A stretch of DNA of 64,000 nucleotides from Eledone cirrhosa (lineage: Eukaryota), in NCBI GenBank assembly GCA_964016885.1, contig OZ024747.1, positions 310,001 through 374,000 on the forward strand, written 5' to 3'. Shown here piece by piece: positions 24,400-41,053 of this stretch (positions within the stretch are counted from its first letter, which is position 1; the number at the start of each line of letters is the position of its first letter). Position numbers and translations under genes: made by a program. The notes beneath the pieces were generated by a model that saw only the letters and a program-made list of their open reading frames with translations, was not told the DNA's origin and did not search any database.

Positions 24400-24636
24400 G
24401 CTAAAAAAGCGCCCAATCCACACTGTAAAGTGGTTGTGTTGGGTCACAACAAAAAGCACCCAGTACACACTGTAAATGTGGTTGGCATTAGGAAGGGCAT
24501 CCAGTCGTAGAAACCAAGTGAGAAACGGTTCTGTATGAGCAAGGCATGGTCATCTGATCTGACTCATCTCATAACAGGACAACTTGTCTAATCCGTGCTA
24601 GTGTGGAAAAATGGATGTTAAATGGTGATGAAGATG
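24400..24636 (+). mobile_element. RTE 3'-UTR-derived repeat
   Basis: cacactgtaaatgtggttggcattaggaagggcatccagtcgtagaaa...gatgttaaatggtgatgaagatg. Confidence 0.8.
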
Positions 24637-25230
24637 TAGCTAAATATCATACATATATTACATAAAATCATCTTATTCTCTCATACATACACACACTCCT
24701 CTCTCACTCTCTTTCAATCTTTCTTTTCCTATATCTTGATCTCCAACCGAAACCATCCACCCTTTGTCTTAACAGTGCTTCAACTGTGACCATATGCCTC
24801 TTTATTTTAACAGCACTCTAACCATACCTGTTTACCCACCAACCATTGACATCCACCTCTATTCTTTTTAATGGTGCTTCACTTATGACCAGCCACTTTT
24901 TATTTTTCAAATGTTCCCATCCAGACCTTTTTTGAAAGTATTCCAGCCATTAACATCCAGTAGAATTTCCAATAATCTCATTCAACAAACATGTCAGTAA
25001 ATCTTTTCCCCAGACAACAGTGGGTTAACTTCCATTATAGAAGTCAAGTTAACCAAAAATAAATATTGAATATAATATAAAAACATCATTCACTTTTTTT
25101 AATTTTACATGCATTGGAATAATATGAAATCAGACAATGATGTTCCACATATGAACATCCAATCTTCTTCATGTCGGTGCCCCATCATGGCCTCAGTCAG
25201 TCAGCTGGCACAGGTAAAAGAGTAAATGAT

Positions 25231-25378
25231 ATAATTGTTTCTACTTTTGGCACAAGGCCAGCAATTACTCAGTACATTACTGGTACTTTATTTTATCGAC
25301 CCCGTAAGGATGAAAGGCAAAGTTAACCTTGGCGGGATTTGAACTCAGACCATAAAGGGCCGTAACTCTTTGCTGCAA
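25231..25378 (-). mobile_element. tRNA-derived SINE, head-truncated; preceded by a CR1-type tail fragment (25173-25227)
   Basis: Near identical to 47031-47175; 25173-25227 resembles the reverse complement of 63017-63077. Confidence 0.8.
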
Positions 25379-26927
25379 TGATATGATGGGGGTTGGTTTG
25401 CAGAGTTAAAGATGGAGTGGATGAATTACTGTAAAAAGGTGTATCTATGTTAAAAATAATATAAATATTGTTTCTCACGTAATACATTAATGGAGAAGTA
25501 CCATGATTCTTATTTAACAGGCATCCATTTCAGTGTTTTATTTACTGGGAAAATTTGGGTAGTATAACATAAAAATAAATATAAAGTTGTGTCTCTATGC
25601 AATATAAGAGAATTTACCTGTGTGGGTGACAATATACCTGCATGGGAGACAATATACCTGTGTGGGAGACAATATACCTGTGTGTGTATAGGTGAGGGGA
25701 ACAAAAATATAAAGGTATGACAGTAAGAATATGATGATTATAAAGATGATTATCATGTAATCTGACATTGATTATAAATAGTAAGGGAAAGTGTGTGCAT
25801 GCATGTGTGTGTGCATATGTGTGTGTGCATGCACGTGTGTGCATGTGTGTGCATGCATGTGTGTGCATGTGTGTGCTGTATAGTGTCGTTCTAAGGTGTT
25901 TCACAAACAGCCTGCAAGCCGGATTCAATTTCCAGCTGGAATGGATTTTAAACAAATTGTAATTAAACACACACATACATACGTGCAAACACACACATAC
26001 ATATATGAGCTTTAAAAAACATCTATCTTTGCTACTTGGAGATGTCTGCTTTCAGTGGTTCCTTCTAGGTCATGGTAACTCAACAACCATCAATACCGTC
26101 ACCACTAATACCACCACTAATACCACCACTAACACCACCACCAGTATCATCACCACCACCACCAATAACACCACCAATAACACCACCACCACCATCAATA
26201 CCACCACCACTACCATCACCATTCCCAGACCATATGATATGCTTAGTTCTTAAGCAAGACACTTCACGTTGCTCTTTCTACCAGTTGTGACCAGTAGATA
26301 GTATCAGTAATGGAAAGATCAATGGAAACGTTTCTTTGGTCTGATTTGAAGAGTTCCTCTCATGTCTTGTTGATCAATTAAAAAATAAAATAAGAGTATG
26401 TTTTACTTTAATAACAGTCAATGAAATCAAAATGAAAGGTATCTGTGCTTTTGTTCTAAATCTTACTTTCTGAATTTTTTGTTATTTTCTGAATGATTGA
26501 TTTGTTAATTTTATTTTTTTCCAATATCAACTTACAACAGATTGATTTATAGTCAATTATCACCTACCAATAAATTACAGGTAGATACAAGTTCCAAATA
26601 TCTTGTTTATATCTGCAATAAGACTTGAATGATTCATTTAGACTTATTTTATTCTTAGAAGTTTCTCTTTAATGCTTAACATCCTGTAATGATTTAGCAG
26701 AAGACATCTAAAAACAGGTTGGTTAGTCCAAATGTTTATAATATCTTTACTAGAGGACAGATTGTTGTGAAAATTTTCAGCATTACTATTAGTAAAAACT
26801 TTAACTTTTAATGTGATGCAGTCATAAAGTTGTTTTGTACTTTTCAAGAATGTCTTACTAATGCAGTTTTTATGTGGTACAGGGTGAGTTGATTCACTTT
26901 TTATTGTCTGCCATATTATACACTTAA

Positions 26928-27146
26928 CCCTCTAGCATTTAAACGGACCATGTCCGGCCAGAATTCTCTCACCTCTTTCTGTTCAAACCAGCTGTAACCA
27001 GCTGCTCATACAGATGTTAAGGTATTGTTATCAAAATAAATAATATCAAAATCTCATAGATTCGATATTATGTGGATAATTATTTTAGATAAGTGTTTAC
27101 CTTGAAAATACAATAGTAAATATAAAGTAATGTAAATGCTAAAAGG
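26928..27146. mobile_element. TTAA-targeting (piggyBac-like) MITE
   Basis: TTAA|ccctctagcattta ... taaatgctaaaagg|TTAA. Confidence 0.75.
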
Positions 27147-28609
27147 TTAAAGTGAAATATTTATTATAATTTCATTATTACTTGAAGGGTGATGGATTAG
27201 TAATATTGGGAGTGCAGCAGACACCATGCTTTGTAGCATAGAATAATGACCCTTTACATTCTGATTTCAAATAACTTTGCCTTACAAAAATTATCAGATC
27301 ATTCAGATCATATTTAAAGTTTTTGTTAAACTGGATGAGTGGGTTTCCACAGTTTCGGGTAATTGGTTACACAGGTCACAAGTTTGTAATCCAAGACACA
27401 CAGACAAGAACATGGTTACTGAAAGCTAATTGTGTCATTCTTGGAATGGAAAGCTTACAGATATTGGATTAGTGAGTTAGGCATGAGTTGACAAAGACAG
27501 TCTTGCTATACAGAAATATTTGAGTTGGATTAGCAATAATATAGTGATAGAAAATAATGGATAGGTGAAGCAGCATAGAAAGGTGTGGTATCTGATGTAT
27601 TAGGGGTGAGAATGATGATTAGCTATTTTCTTTAACATGAAACATGAAAGTTGCATTCAACAAGTTAAAGCACACATTCTTACTCAATAAGGAATGGGGG
27701 GAGTTATTCAATGGACTTAAATGACTGAAATGTGATGTGACCAAAAAAGGCCCACTTCAATCTTTGACGAACCATCATAAGTGTAATAGATGTGTATGAT
27801 TTTTTTTTTAGTGATAGCTTGCCAGTATGTAAAGAGTGAAGCAGTAGACTGAAGACGATAATAGACTTAAATGCACTGATGGCCTACCATGTCTTTCACC
27901 AAGAAAGATGTAGTGCTGTGAAAATCTGAAATTCGGAAGATACTGAGCCGTAGAATGAAAAGTTTGCATGGTCTGACTTATGAGGCGCTTTATCTTTAAA
28001 TGCCATATTTGTTCATTTTGATCTTGGCAAACATCAATTGTAATTAGTAGCAGACTAGGAGCAATGCTAGTTCTGTGAAGCAGGGTATGGTAGGTTGGTG
28101 GGGAAGTGGTTTTGTCTGCCAGACTTGTTGGAAATTGCCGACTTGCAGATTTATGTCCAACAGCTGTTATATGTTCGATCCACTGTTAGGTGAGTCATTT
28201 CTCAAGATCTCCTGTCTTCCTTTTTCATGTGTAACCAAGTAATTTTCCTCTCTGGCCAAGAATTTGTCACTTGAAAAGTAAGGAAAAAGTGGCGAGAGAG
28301 AAATGCTACCTTTTAGTAAATTTGATGACAGGTGGGTGAATATAGTGAGCTTGGTCTGAGGTGGGGAGAACGGGCAACTTTGAATATATACATGTAAGTT
28401 GTGGTCAGAATTTAGGTGGATACTTTTGACTTTAGTAATCTGGGCAGTCTGGAATTTGTATTTCTTCTCCTCTCACTGTCACTTTCTCTCTCTCTCTCTC
28501 ACAGTGGGTGGGTAAGTGGTCATGTATGTGACAAATCCTTGGGAGATACGAGTGCGATGCATATGATATGTGTATATATATATGTGTGTATTTTTATGTG
28601 TTTGTGTGT

Positions 28610-29270
28610 GTAACAACCCTGAGCACCTTTTTGATCTTCACATGTCTAACACACATGGACATGCCCACAAAGTCAGAAAACAGCACAGCTCCCATGACTT
28701 TCGGAAACATTTTTTCACGCTCAGAGTTGCTGAAGCATGGAACAAACTACCTGCATCAGTTGTTAGTTGTCAAGACACTGCATCCTTTAAGACCTCCATG
28801 GAACAAACTACCTGCATCAGCTGTTAGTTGTCAAGACACTGCATCCTTTAAGACCTCCATGGAACAAACTACCTGCATCAGTTGTTAGCTGTCGAGACAC
28901 TGCATCCTTTAAAACCTCCATGGAACAAACTACCTGCATCAGTTGTTAACTGTCGAGACACTGCATCCTTTAAAACCTCCATGGAACAAACTACCTGCAT
29001 CAGTTGTTAGCTGTCGAGACACTGCATCCTTTAAAACCTCCATGGAACAAACTACCTGCATCAGTTGTTAGCTGTCGAGACACTGCATCCTTTAAAACCT
29101 CTATGGTTCCTGAGATTCGCCAACACATCTAATATTCCCCCTCCATACACATGCACACATGTATATCATGACACATACACTATTCACTTCCCTGACATTT
29201 GTATATTATTCTATGTACTATACATGCACCTTTGATGAGTTGTAGTGTACCTGAGCACAATAATTTCATT
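28610..29270 (+). mobile_element. CR1-type LINE 3' fragment containing six 61-bp tandem copies (28737-29104)
   Basis: HGHAHKVRKQ..FRKHFFTLRVAEAWNKLPASVV..ASFK is a CR1 ORF2 C-terminal motif; unit atggaacaaactacctgcatcagttgttag..cctttaa.acctcc. Confidence 0.85.
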
Positions 29271-29594
29271 ATTATATGTATGTATATTTATATATATGTG
29301 TGTGTATTTATATATATATATATGTATATATATATGTGTGTATATATATATGTGTGTATATATATATATTTTTTATATATATATATATCTGTGTGTGTGT
29401 ATATATATATACACAATTCTCCAAAAAAAGTTTTTGGGAGGAAATTCCATTTTCCAGTCTTTTCCATTCTCAGTTTTGGAATGGTCAGCCCCTTACACAA
29501 TAAGGTGGACTGTATGCGTAATTCAAAGAGCCAGTCTTCACACACCGTGTCATGCCAACATCTTTAAGGTTTTGGTTTTTGATATTTTTAGGAT

Positions 29595-29760
29595 TGGCTG
29601 AGCAAAATGGTTGGATAACATCCATGAGCTTGGCTGGTTTTGCTTGGGGATCCAGCCAGATCAGTTGGAGATGGTTGCATCTGATAGGACCTACTGGAAG
29701 GAGTATTTGAGGACTCTTCCCCCATGACCCTCTCAGGAATTAGTGGGAGAAGAAGATATT
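29595..29760 (+). mobile_element. RTE LINE C-terminal remnant
   Basis: Translates WLDNIHELGWFCLGIQPDQLEMVASDRTYWKEYLRTLPP, typical of an RTE ORF end. Confidence 0.55.
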
Positions 29761-29849
29761 TTTTCTGAATTTTTTCTTTTAAACGAAGGACATTACAATT
29801 GTGAGAAAAGGAACAATAAACCTTGCTAAAATGTTATAAATATGTCTGA

Positions 29850-30770
29850 CCAAGGATGGAATGGATGTCTGTTGGTTTCACTGATCAATGGAACAGCATG
29901 CTCATGAAGTTAATGTGTAAGTGGCTGAGCATGTACCCTTTTGCATAATTCTCAGGGAGATTCAGCATGACACAGTGTGTGAAGGCTGGCCCTTTGAATT
30001 ACAGGTATAGTCCATCTTATAGTGTAAGTGGCCGAGTATTTTACAGGCACATACAACCTTGACATAATTCTCAGGGAGATTCAGCATGACACAGTGTGTG
30101 ACTAGGCTGGACTGTTTAATTGCATGTACAACCCATCCAATGGGATTCCAAGCAGTTTCTGTTTGCTCAGTTTCATTCACAAGGCATGGATCAACTTGAC
30201 ACTATATTAAATGAAACTTGCCTAAGATTCCACTCTGTGGAATTGAACCTGGGACTTAATGGTTGTGAAGCAAGCTTCTTAACCGCACAACCATGCTGTA
30301 TGATCGGAAATAATATAACATTAGTAAGTTACACCTGAGAGAAATAACAGCCAAATTTCCCTCAAACCAACCCTACTGTCTTATATATCTAAACATGGTA
30401 GAAATAGCAGCCAAATCTCCCTCAAACCACACCCTTCTGTCATATGTCTAGACATGGTAGAAATAGCAGCCAAATCTCCCTCAAACCACACCCTTCTGTC
30501 TTATATATCTAGACATGGTAGAAATAGCAGCCAAATCTCCCTCAATTTATATTCTACTCTCTTTTTGTATGTATGTGTGTGTGTGACGGTGCATGGCTTA
30601 GTATTTCGGGTGTTTGGCTTATGGTTGTAAGATCATAAGTGTGATACTCGGTAGAGCATTGTGTCCTTGAGTATCTCACTTTATTTCATTTTGCTTTACT
30701 TCACTCAACTGGCAAAAATTAGTTGTACCGGTAATTCCACACAGTGTCCTGTTGAATCAAGCAGAACAGA
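29850..30770. mobile_element. Cluster of SINE remnants with internal duplication (29915-30115) and a ~59-bp tandem triplication (30340-30560)
   Basis: gtaagtggc.gag..cataattctcagggagattcagcatgacacagtgtgtga twice; gaaatagcagccaaatctccctcaa repeated. Confidence 0.65.
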
Positions 30771-31240
30771 TCGTCAAAACTGAAGTAGGCGCCCCATAAC
30801 ATAATGTATGTGTGAGCTAACAAAACATACCTCTATGTTGTAGCTAGTTATGTTACATTTAGCAGCAGCCATACATATATACACAACAGGCTTCTGCATA
30901 GTTTCATTCTAACAATTTTCACTCATAAATTGAAAACACTTGCCCAATGTGCCTCGTAGTGCAACAAAACCCCCTAAGCTCACAGCCATAACTATCTTAT
31001 AAATATTTTTTTTCTAAAGAAAGGTAAAAAACTTGATTGTTACCATTTGTTGAGGGAGATTTCACTACTATTTCTAGCCAATTGGACAACCATGTAGAAT
31101 GTGTATGGCTGTGAATGTCAAGGAAAATGTGTAAAAAGTGAAAGAGTAAAAAGAAGAGATGTGAGGAAATGAAAATTTCTTTGTGTCAAATGAAAATGGA
31201 ATGAAGTATGAAACTGGATAACGTAGCCATAGCTTACACT

Positions 31241-33740
31241 GTGTCTAGAAAAGAATATATATATATATATGTCTAGAAAAGAATATATATATATATATGT
31301 CTAGAAAAGAATATATATATATATACATGTGTCTAGAAAAGAATATATATATGTCTAGAAAAGAATATATATATGTCTAGAAAAGAATATATATATGTCT
31401 AGAAAAGAATATATATATATATGTGTCTAGAAAAGAATATATAAATATATATAGGTCTAGAAAAGAATATATAAATATATATAGGTCTAGAAAAGAATAT
31501 ATATATATATGTGTCTAGAAAAGAATATATATATATGTGTCTAGAAAAGAATATATATATATGTCTAGAAAAGAATATATATATATGTCTAGAAAAGAAT
31601 ATATATATATACATGTGTCTAGAAAAGAATATATATATATCTAGAAAAGAATATATATGTATATGTGTCTAGAAAAGAATATATATATATATGTGTCTAG
31701 AAAAGAATATATTTATATATGTCTAGAAAAGAATATATATATATATATGTCTAGAAAAGAATATATATATATGTCTAGAAAAGAATATATATATATATGT
31801 CTAGAAAAGAATATATATATATGTCTAGAAAAGAATATATATATATGTCTAGAAAAGAAAATATATATATATATATATATATATGTCTAGAAAAGAATAT
31901 ATATATATATATATATGTCTAGAAAAGAATATATATATATATATATATGTCTAGAAAAGAATATATATATATATGTCTAGAAAAGAATATATATATATGT
32001 CTAGAAAAGAATATATATATATATGTCTAGAAAAGAATATATATATATATGTCTAGAAAAGAATATATATATATGTCTAGAAAAGAATATATATATATAT
32101 ATGTCTAGAAAAGAATATATATATATGTCTAGAAAAGAATATATATATATGTCTAGAAAAGAAAATATATATATATATATATATATATGTCTAGAAAAGA
32201 ATATATATATATATATATATATGTCTAGAAAAGAATATATATATATATATATATATGTCTAGAGAAGAATATATATATATGTCTAGAAAAGAATATATAT
32301 ATATATGTCTAGAAAAGAATATATATATATGTCTAGAAAAGAATATATATATATGTCTAGAAAAGAATATATATATATGTCTAGAAAAGAAAATATATAT
32401 ATATATATATATATATGTCTAGAAAAGAATATATATATATATATATATGTCTAGAAAAGAATATATATATATATATGTCTAGAAAAGAATATATATATAT
32501 ATATATATGTCTAGAAAAGAATATATATATATATATATATATGTCTAGAAAAGAATATATATATATATGTCTAGAAAAGAATATATATATATGTCTAGAA
32601 AAGAATATATATATATATGTCTAGAAAAGAATATATATATATATGTCTAGAAAAGAATATATATATATGTCTAGAAAAGAATATATATATATGTCTAGAA
32701 AAGAATATATATATATGTCTAGAAAAGAATATATATATATATGTCTAGAAAAGAATATATATATATATATATGTCTAGAAAAGAATATATATATATATAT
32801 ATATGTCTAGAAAAGAATATATATATATATGTCTAGAAAAGAATATATATATATGTCTAGAAAAGAATATATATATATGTCTAGAAAAGAGTATATATAT
32901 ATGTCTAGAAAAGAATATATATATATATGTGTCTAGAAAAGAATGTGTAGGCAACACGGTAAAAACCTCCCAGCCCCACACTGTAAATGTGGTTGGTGTT
33001 AGGAAGGGCATCCAACTGTAGAAAACCCGCCAGACTCCTATGCGAGCAAGACAACCACTCTTGCCTCAAGTGGGAAAATCCCCGTCCAAACCCATGCAAG
33101 CGTGGAACACGGACGCTAAACCTGATGATGATGATGATGATGATGTGTCTAGAAAAGAATATATATATATATATGTGTCTAGAAAAGAATATATTTATAT
33201 ATGTCTAGAAAAGAATATATATATATATATGTCTAGAAAAGTATATATATATATATGTCTAGAAAAGTATATATATATATATATATGTCTAGAAAAGAAT
33301 ATATATATATGTCTAGAAAAGAATATATATATATATGTCTAGAAAAGAATATATATATATATGTCTAGAAAAGAATATATATATATGTCTAGAAAAGAAT
33401 ATATATATATGTCTAGAAAAGAATATATATATATGTCTAGAAAAGAATATATATATATATGTCTAGAAAAGAATATATATATATATATATATATGTCTAG
33501 AAAAGAATATATATATATATATGTCTAGAAAAGAATATATATATATGTCTAGAAAAGAATATATATATATGGCTAGAAAAGAATATATATATATGGCTAG
33601 AAAAGAATATATATATATGTCTAGAAAAGAATATATATATATGTCTAGAAAAGAATATATATATATGGCTAGAAAAGAATATATATATATGTCTAGAAAA
33701 GAATATATATATATGTCTAGAAAAGAATATATATATATGT
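31241..33740. repeat. Satellite: constant GTCTAGAAAAGA core plus variable (AT)n, on the order of 80-90 units
   Basis: Direct inspection; interrupted at 32945-33142. Confidence 0.97.
32945..33142 (+). mobile_element. 5'-truncated RTE copy (3' UTR + (GAT)n) with ~18-bp target-site duplication
   Basis: Near identical to 48335-48530; flanked on both sides by atgtgtctagaaaagaat. Confidence 0.9.
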
Positions 33741-33825
33741 GCAGAGAAGACGACAAAAATAAATAAATAAATAAACAGATTAAATAAAGATAGCGCAGAC
33801 ACACAATACAACAGGAGGAAACATA

Positions 33826-33879
33826 ATAGCACCACTGACGATGTTGCAGATGTGCAACGAAAGAACTTTGTTAGACTAT
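33826..33879 (+). ncRNA. Degenerate minimal hammerhead motif, family B
   Basis: acca CTGACGA t gttgca-gatg-tgcaac GAAA gaac TT tgtt; stem I imperfect, one extra base before stem II. Confidence 0.5.
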
Positions 33880-34056
33880 ATATATGTGTTTGTGTCTATA
33901 TTACATCTGTATTTATAACCGTTGGTCAGTCAATGGTAAACATTGAGGACCGAATAAATTGACTGATATAAAAGATACAGAAGCGAAAACCAACCAAACA
34001 GTGAGTGTGTTCTGTTATTAATTCTGGGCAATATTATTACAACAATATAACCCTCC

Positions 34057-34097
<41 letters not shown>

Positions 34098-34187
34098 AAA
34101 GTTAAACAAGGTTCAATGAATAAATCAAAGAATGAGTTTTACAATAGATTGGAAGCACTCAACAGTAATGGTTTTCCAGAGTTATTA

Positions 34188-34418
34188 ATATTAATTCAAA
34201 ATATTAACAAAATAGATATTCCTGTGATCAAGTATATTTTATTATACATATTTCAAAGGTACTGAGTTAAGTTCAACAGTACGTCCTCATCATTATTTTA
34301 TTTTATTTTATCTGATGAGGACGTACTGTTGAACTTAACTCAGTACCTCTGAAATATGTATAATAAAATCTAGTTGATCACAAGAATATCTATTTTGTTA
34401 ATATTTTGAATTAATATA
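34188..34418. repeat. Inverted repeat (~105-bp arms) of a hammerhead-bearing pLTR end
   Basis: 34188-34292 is the reverse complement of 34313-34418; between (TA)n tracts. Confidence 0.9.
34305..34369 (+). ncRNA. Type I minimal hammerhead ribozyme, family C
   Basis: attttat CTGATGA ggacgtactg..cagtacctct GAAA t-atgt-a TA ataaaat; 7-bp stem I. Confidence 0.8.
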
Positions 34419-34452
34419 TATATATGTATATTAATATATATATGTATATATA

Positions 34453-34501
<49 letters not shown>

Positions 34502-35005
34502 ATATATATGTATATGTATATATATGTATATGTAAATTGAAACAAAATGAAAACGAATATATATGTGCATGCTACTGTACGTCTGTATACATATATGTAT
34601 GTACGTATACATGCATACTTACATTTATGTATATGTATATATATGTATATGTATATATATGTATATATATATGTATATGTATATATATGTATATATATAT
34701 ATATATGTATATATATATGTATATGTATATATATGTATATATATATGTATATGTATATATATGTATATATATATATATGTATATATATGTATATATATAT
34801 GTATATATATATGTATATATATATATATATGTATATATATATGTATATATATATATATATGTATGTATATATATATATATGTATATATATATATGTATAT
34901 ATATATGTATATATATATATATGTATATATATATGTATGTATATATATATGTATATATATATGTATATATATATATATATGTATATATATATGTATATAT
35001 ATATG

Positions 35006-35036
<31 letters not shown>

Positions 35037-35253
35037 GTATGTATATATATATGTATATATATATGTATGTATATATATATGTATATATATATGTATATAT
35101 ATGTATATATATATATATGTATATATATATGTATGTATATATATATGTATATATATATGTATATATATATATATATGTATATATATATGTATATATATAT
35201 GTATATATATATGTATGTATATATGTATGTATATATGTATGTATATATATATG

Positions 35254-35304
<51 letters not shown>

Positions 35305-35489
35305 GTATATATATATGTATATATATATGTATGTATATATGTATGTATATATATATGTATATATATATGTATATATATATATATGTATATATATGTATAT
35401 ATATGTATATATATATGTATGTATATATATATGTATATATATATGTATATATATATATATGTATGTATATATATATGTATATATATATG

Positions 35490-35520
<31 letters not shown>

Positions 35521-35570
35521 GTATATGTATATATATGTATATATATATATATGTATATATATATATGTAT
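34415..35570. repeat. (TA)n/(TATG)n microsatellite array
   Basis: Direct inspection; short unique insert ~34532-34625. Confidence 0.95.
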
Positions 35571-35610
35571 TAAGAGAGTAAAACAAAGAATCCTTTAATA
35601 CATCAAAAGT

Positions 35611-35665
35611 TTTTATTAGCCGACAATGTTTCGTCCTATTAAGGACTCATCAGGGCAATCAAAAC
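35611..35665 (-). ncRNA. Type I minimal hammerhead ribozyme, family D (canonical core)
   Basis: Reverse complement: attgcc CTGATGA gtcct-taat-aggac GAAA c-att-g TC ggctaat; within a 35570-36025 module between TA arrays. Confidence 0.88.
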
Positions 35666-36024
35666 AACAAGGGGTAATTTCGGCAGATACAAGCCAGAAA
35701 CTCTGAAGAATATAGAGTGTACATACACTAATGTCTTGCAAAGATATACGATAATAAAAATGAAAATAAAGATAAAAATAATAAAATTATAATAACTAAG
35801 GATGTAGATAACATTAAGAACCATATTACAAATATAGTCCAAAGTCACCAACTTAAATCTAAACAAATTTGGTTATATAGAGCAGGGATTATATATAACA
35901 CAATATAATACATTATAATAATAATATATTTATACCAACATTAAAATTCCAAATTAAAAATCAAAAGGTACAATATATGTTTGACTCAATATGTTTGACT
36001 CAAACACGCTCGTATTCTAATCCT

Positions 36025-38325
<2,301 letters not shown>

Positions 38326-38547
38326 AATTAAGTTAAAAATGTACATCTACATATGCATACTGAAATACTAGTGTGTATATGAATACACACACGTATACAT
38401 ATGTATATGTAACAAGTCTTTCACTGGTTGCTTTACTGTGAGCAACCCAGCTATTCTGTATGTAAACACACAGACAAACCGGTTTTTAGAGTCATACTGG
38501 TTTTCGAGGGAACACTTTCCCTCTATTCTCCAGAAAGCCAGACAAGG

Positions 38548-38592
38548 AATATTGAACTAGTTTCGTTGTTGTTACAACTCATCAGCAATATT
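38548..38592 (-). ncRNA. Type I minimal hammerhead ribozyme, family E (canonical)
   Basis: Exact reverse complement of 38768-38812. Confidence 0.88.
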
Positions 38593-38767
38593 GAGTTACA
38601 AACGAAACGAAATTTAATTTCGTTTCGTTATTTGTTTTTATCGTCTCCGCTGAACCGGTGCGTACTCACACTCTATGCAAATTAGTCTGCCCACTACTAA
38701 TTTTCATAGAAAAAGCATATAACGATATGTGCTTTTACAATTCTCCAGAGGGGCCGGTAGATAGGTA

Positions 38768-38812
38768 AATATTGCTGATGAGTTGTAACAACAACGAAAC
38801 TAGTTCAATATT
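38768..38812 (+). ncRNA. Type I minimal hammerhead ribozyme, family E (canonical)
   Basis: aatattg CTGATGA gttgt-aaca-acaac GAAA ctag TT caatatt; palindromic AACTAGTT stem III region. Confidence 0.9.
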
Positions 38813-39104
38813 CCTTGTCTGGCTTTCTGGAGAATAGAGGGAAAGTGTTCCCTCGAAAACCAGTATGACTCTAAAAACCGGTTTGTCTGTGTGTTTACAT
38901 ACAGAATAGCTGGGTTGTTCACAGTAAAGCGACCAGTGAAAGACTTGTTACATATACATATGTATACGTGTGTGTATTCATATACACACTAGTATTTCAG
39001 TATGCATATGTAGATGTACATTTTTAACTTAATTGTTTAAGCGTCAGTCATACAAAAGTGAGTTACAAACGAAATGAAATTTAATTTCGTTTCGTTATTT
39101 GTTT

Positions 39105-39359
39105 TTATATGTATATATATATATGTATATGTATATATGTATATATATATGTATATGTATATGTATATATGTATATGTATATGTATATATGTATATGTAT
39201 ATATGTATATATATATGTATATGTATATATGTATATATGTATATGTGTATATGTATATATGTATATGTATATATGTATATGTATATATATATGTATATAT
39301 ATATGTATATATATGTATATATATATATATATATATTATGTATATATATATATATTATG

Positions 39360-39390
<31 letters not shown>

Positions 39391-39724
39391 TATGTATATA
39401 TATATATATTATGTATATATATATATGTATATATATATATATTATGTATATATATATATGTATATATATATGTATATGTATATATATATAGATATATATA
39501 TATGTGTGTATATATATATGTATATATATAGATATACATATATATATACACATATATCTATATCTATATATATAGATATATATATATATGTGTGTATATA
39601 TATATATGTATATATATAGATATACATATATATATACACATATATATATATCTATATATATAGATATATATATATGTGTGTATATATATATGTATATGTA
39701 TATATATAGATATATATATATGTG

Positions 39725-39756
<32 letters not shown>

Positions 39757-39896
39757 GATATGTATATATATATATATATGTATATATATAGATATGTATA
39801 TATGTATATATATGTATATATATATATGTATATATGTGTATGTATGTATATGTGTATGTATGTATATATGTGTATGTATATATATGTGTATGTATG

Positions 39897-39927
<31 letters not shown>

Positions 39928-39949
39928 ATATATATATATATATAGTATG

Positions 39950-39980
<31 letters not shown>

Positions 39981-40226
39981 ATATATATATATATTTCTGT
40001 ATGTATATATATATATATATATATGTATGTATATTTCTGTATGTATATATATATATATATATGTATGTATATATGTATGTATATATATATATATGTATGC
40101 ATATATGTATGTATATATGTATATATATATATGTATATATGTATGCATATATGTATATATATATATGTATGCATATATGTATATATGTATATGTATATAT
40201 GTATGCATATATATATATATATATAT
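39105..40226. repeat. (TA)n/(TATG)n/(TAGA) microsatellite array
   Basis: Direct inspection. Confidence 0.95.
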
Positions 40227-40278
40227 GAAGGTTGCATTTTTTCAGAGTATGTCTATTTATTTATAAAACTAATCTATA

Positions 40279-40348
40279 TTATTTTATATCTGATGAAACC
40301 GCACCATAATCTTCCTTGGTGGCCCTTGAAATATGTATAATGAAATAA
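40279..40348 (+). ncRNA. Degenerate hammerhead motif related to family C
   Basis: ttattttat-at CTGATGA aaccgcacca..tggtggccctt GAAA tatgta TA atgaaataa; downstream tail resembles 34370-34415. Confidence 0.5.
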
Positions 40349-40465
40349 ATATGGTTTTATAAATATAGTTTCCATTTGTTAATATATTGTATATATATGT
40401 GTATGTGTGTATGTATATATATATATATAAGTTGGTGTTATATGCCAGTTGGTGTTATTGGTAAC

Positions 40466-41053
40466 ATGTATCCCAGTACAACCTGTCTCATGGTCGGGTC
40501 GTTGGCGACTAAACTGGCAACCCTACCAAGGTTTCTTGGTGAGGAGGGTGACTTTGGACATCCTGCAGGACTAAAAACAAAACCTGTCAAAGGGCAAAGG
40601 AGCTCGTAAGAGTCAATGGCCATCCAAAATCACCGGGAGAGATGACCCCTTAGCCTTTGTCAAGGCAGAATTCTAGGAGAAGGAAAAGTCTGATATAACA
40701 CCTGCAACCCTGATGGTATCCAATGATGTTGACTCGTTCTTCCTTTTGGTAAATATCATCTTGGTTAAGAGAGTGGGACTGGCTTTGTGCAGTGCCTTTG
40801 CTCACTATAAAAGCTTCACGGCAGAGGCATTACTTTATATCTGGAGATCTCTCTGCATTTGTCGTTACATGGAACCATGGGCAATAATGTGTGTCAATAA
40901 TTGTCAATAATTGTCACAGGTGTAGTGTTTGTACCAGAGTTTTCAAGTCGCTGGCTGGACTAAAAAGTCACACTCGTTCAGCGCATCAGTAGGGGTTCTC
41001 CTACATGGATATAAAGTAGTGGCCGTACTCGAAAACGAGTTGGCAGCTACCAT
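40466..41053 (+). mobile_element. Second copy of the ~580-bp SINE-like repeat
   Basis: Reverse complement of 14107-14684; ends ggcagctacca(ta)n. Confidence 0.8.

Noticed and set aside
34236-34292. Minus-strand copy of hammerhead family C as a functional ribozyme
   Set aside because: Truncated at the inversion junction: lacks C3 and the 5' strand of stem I.
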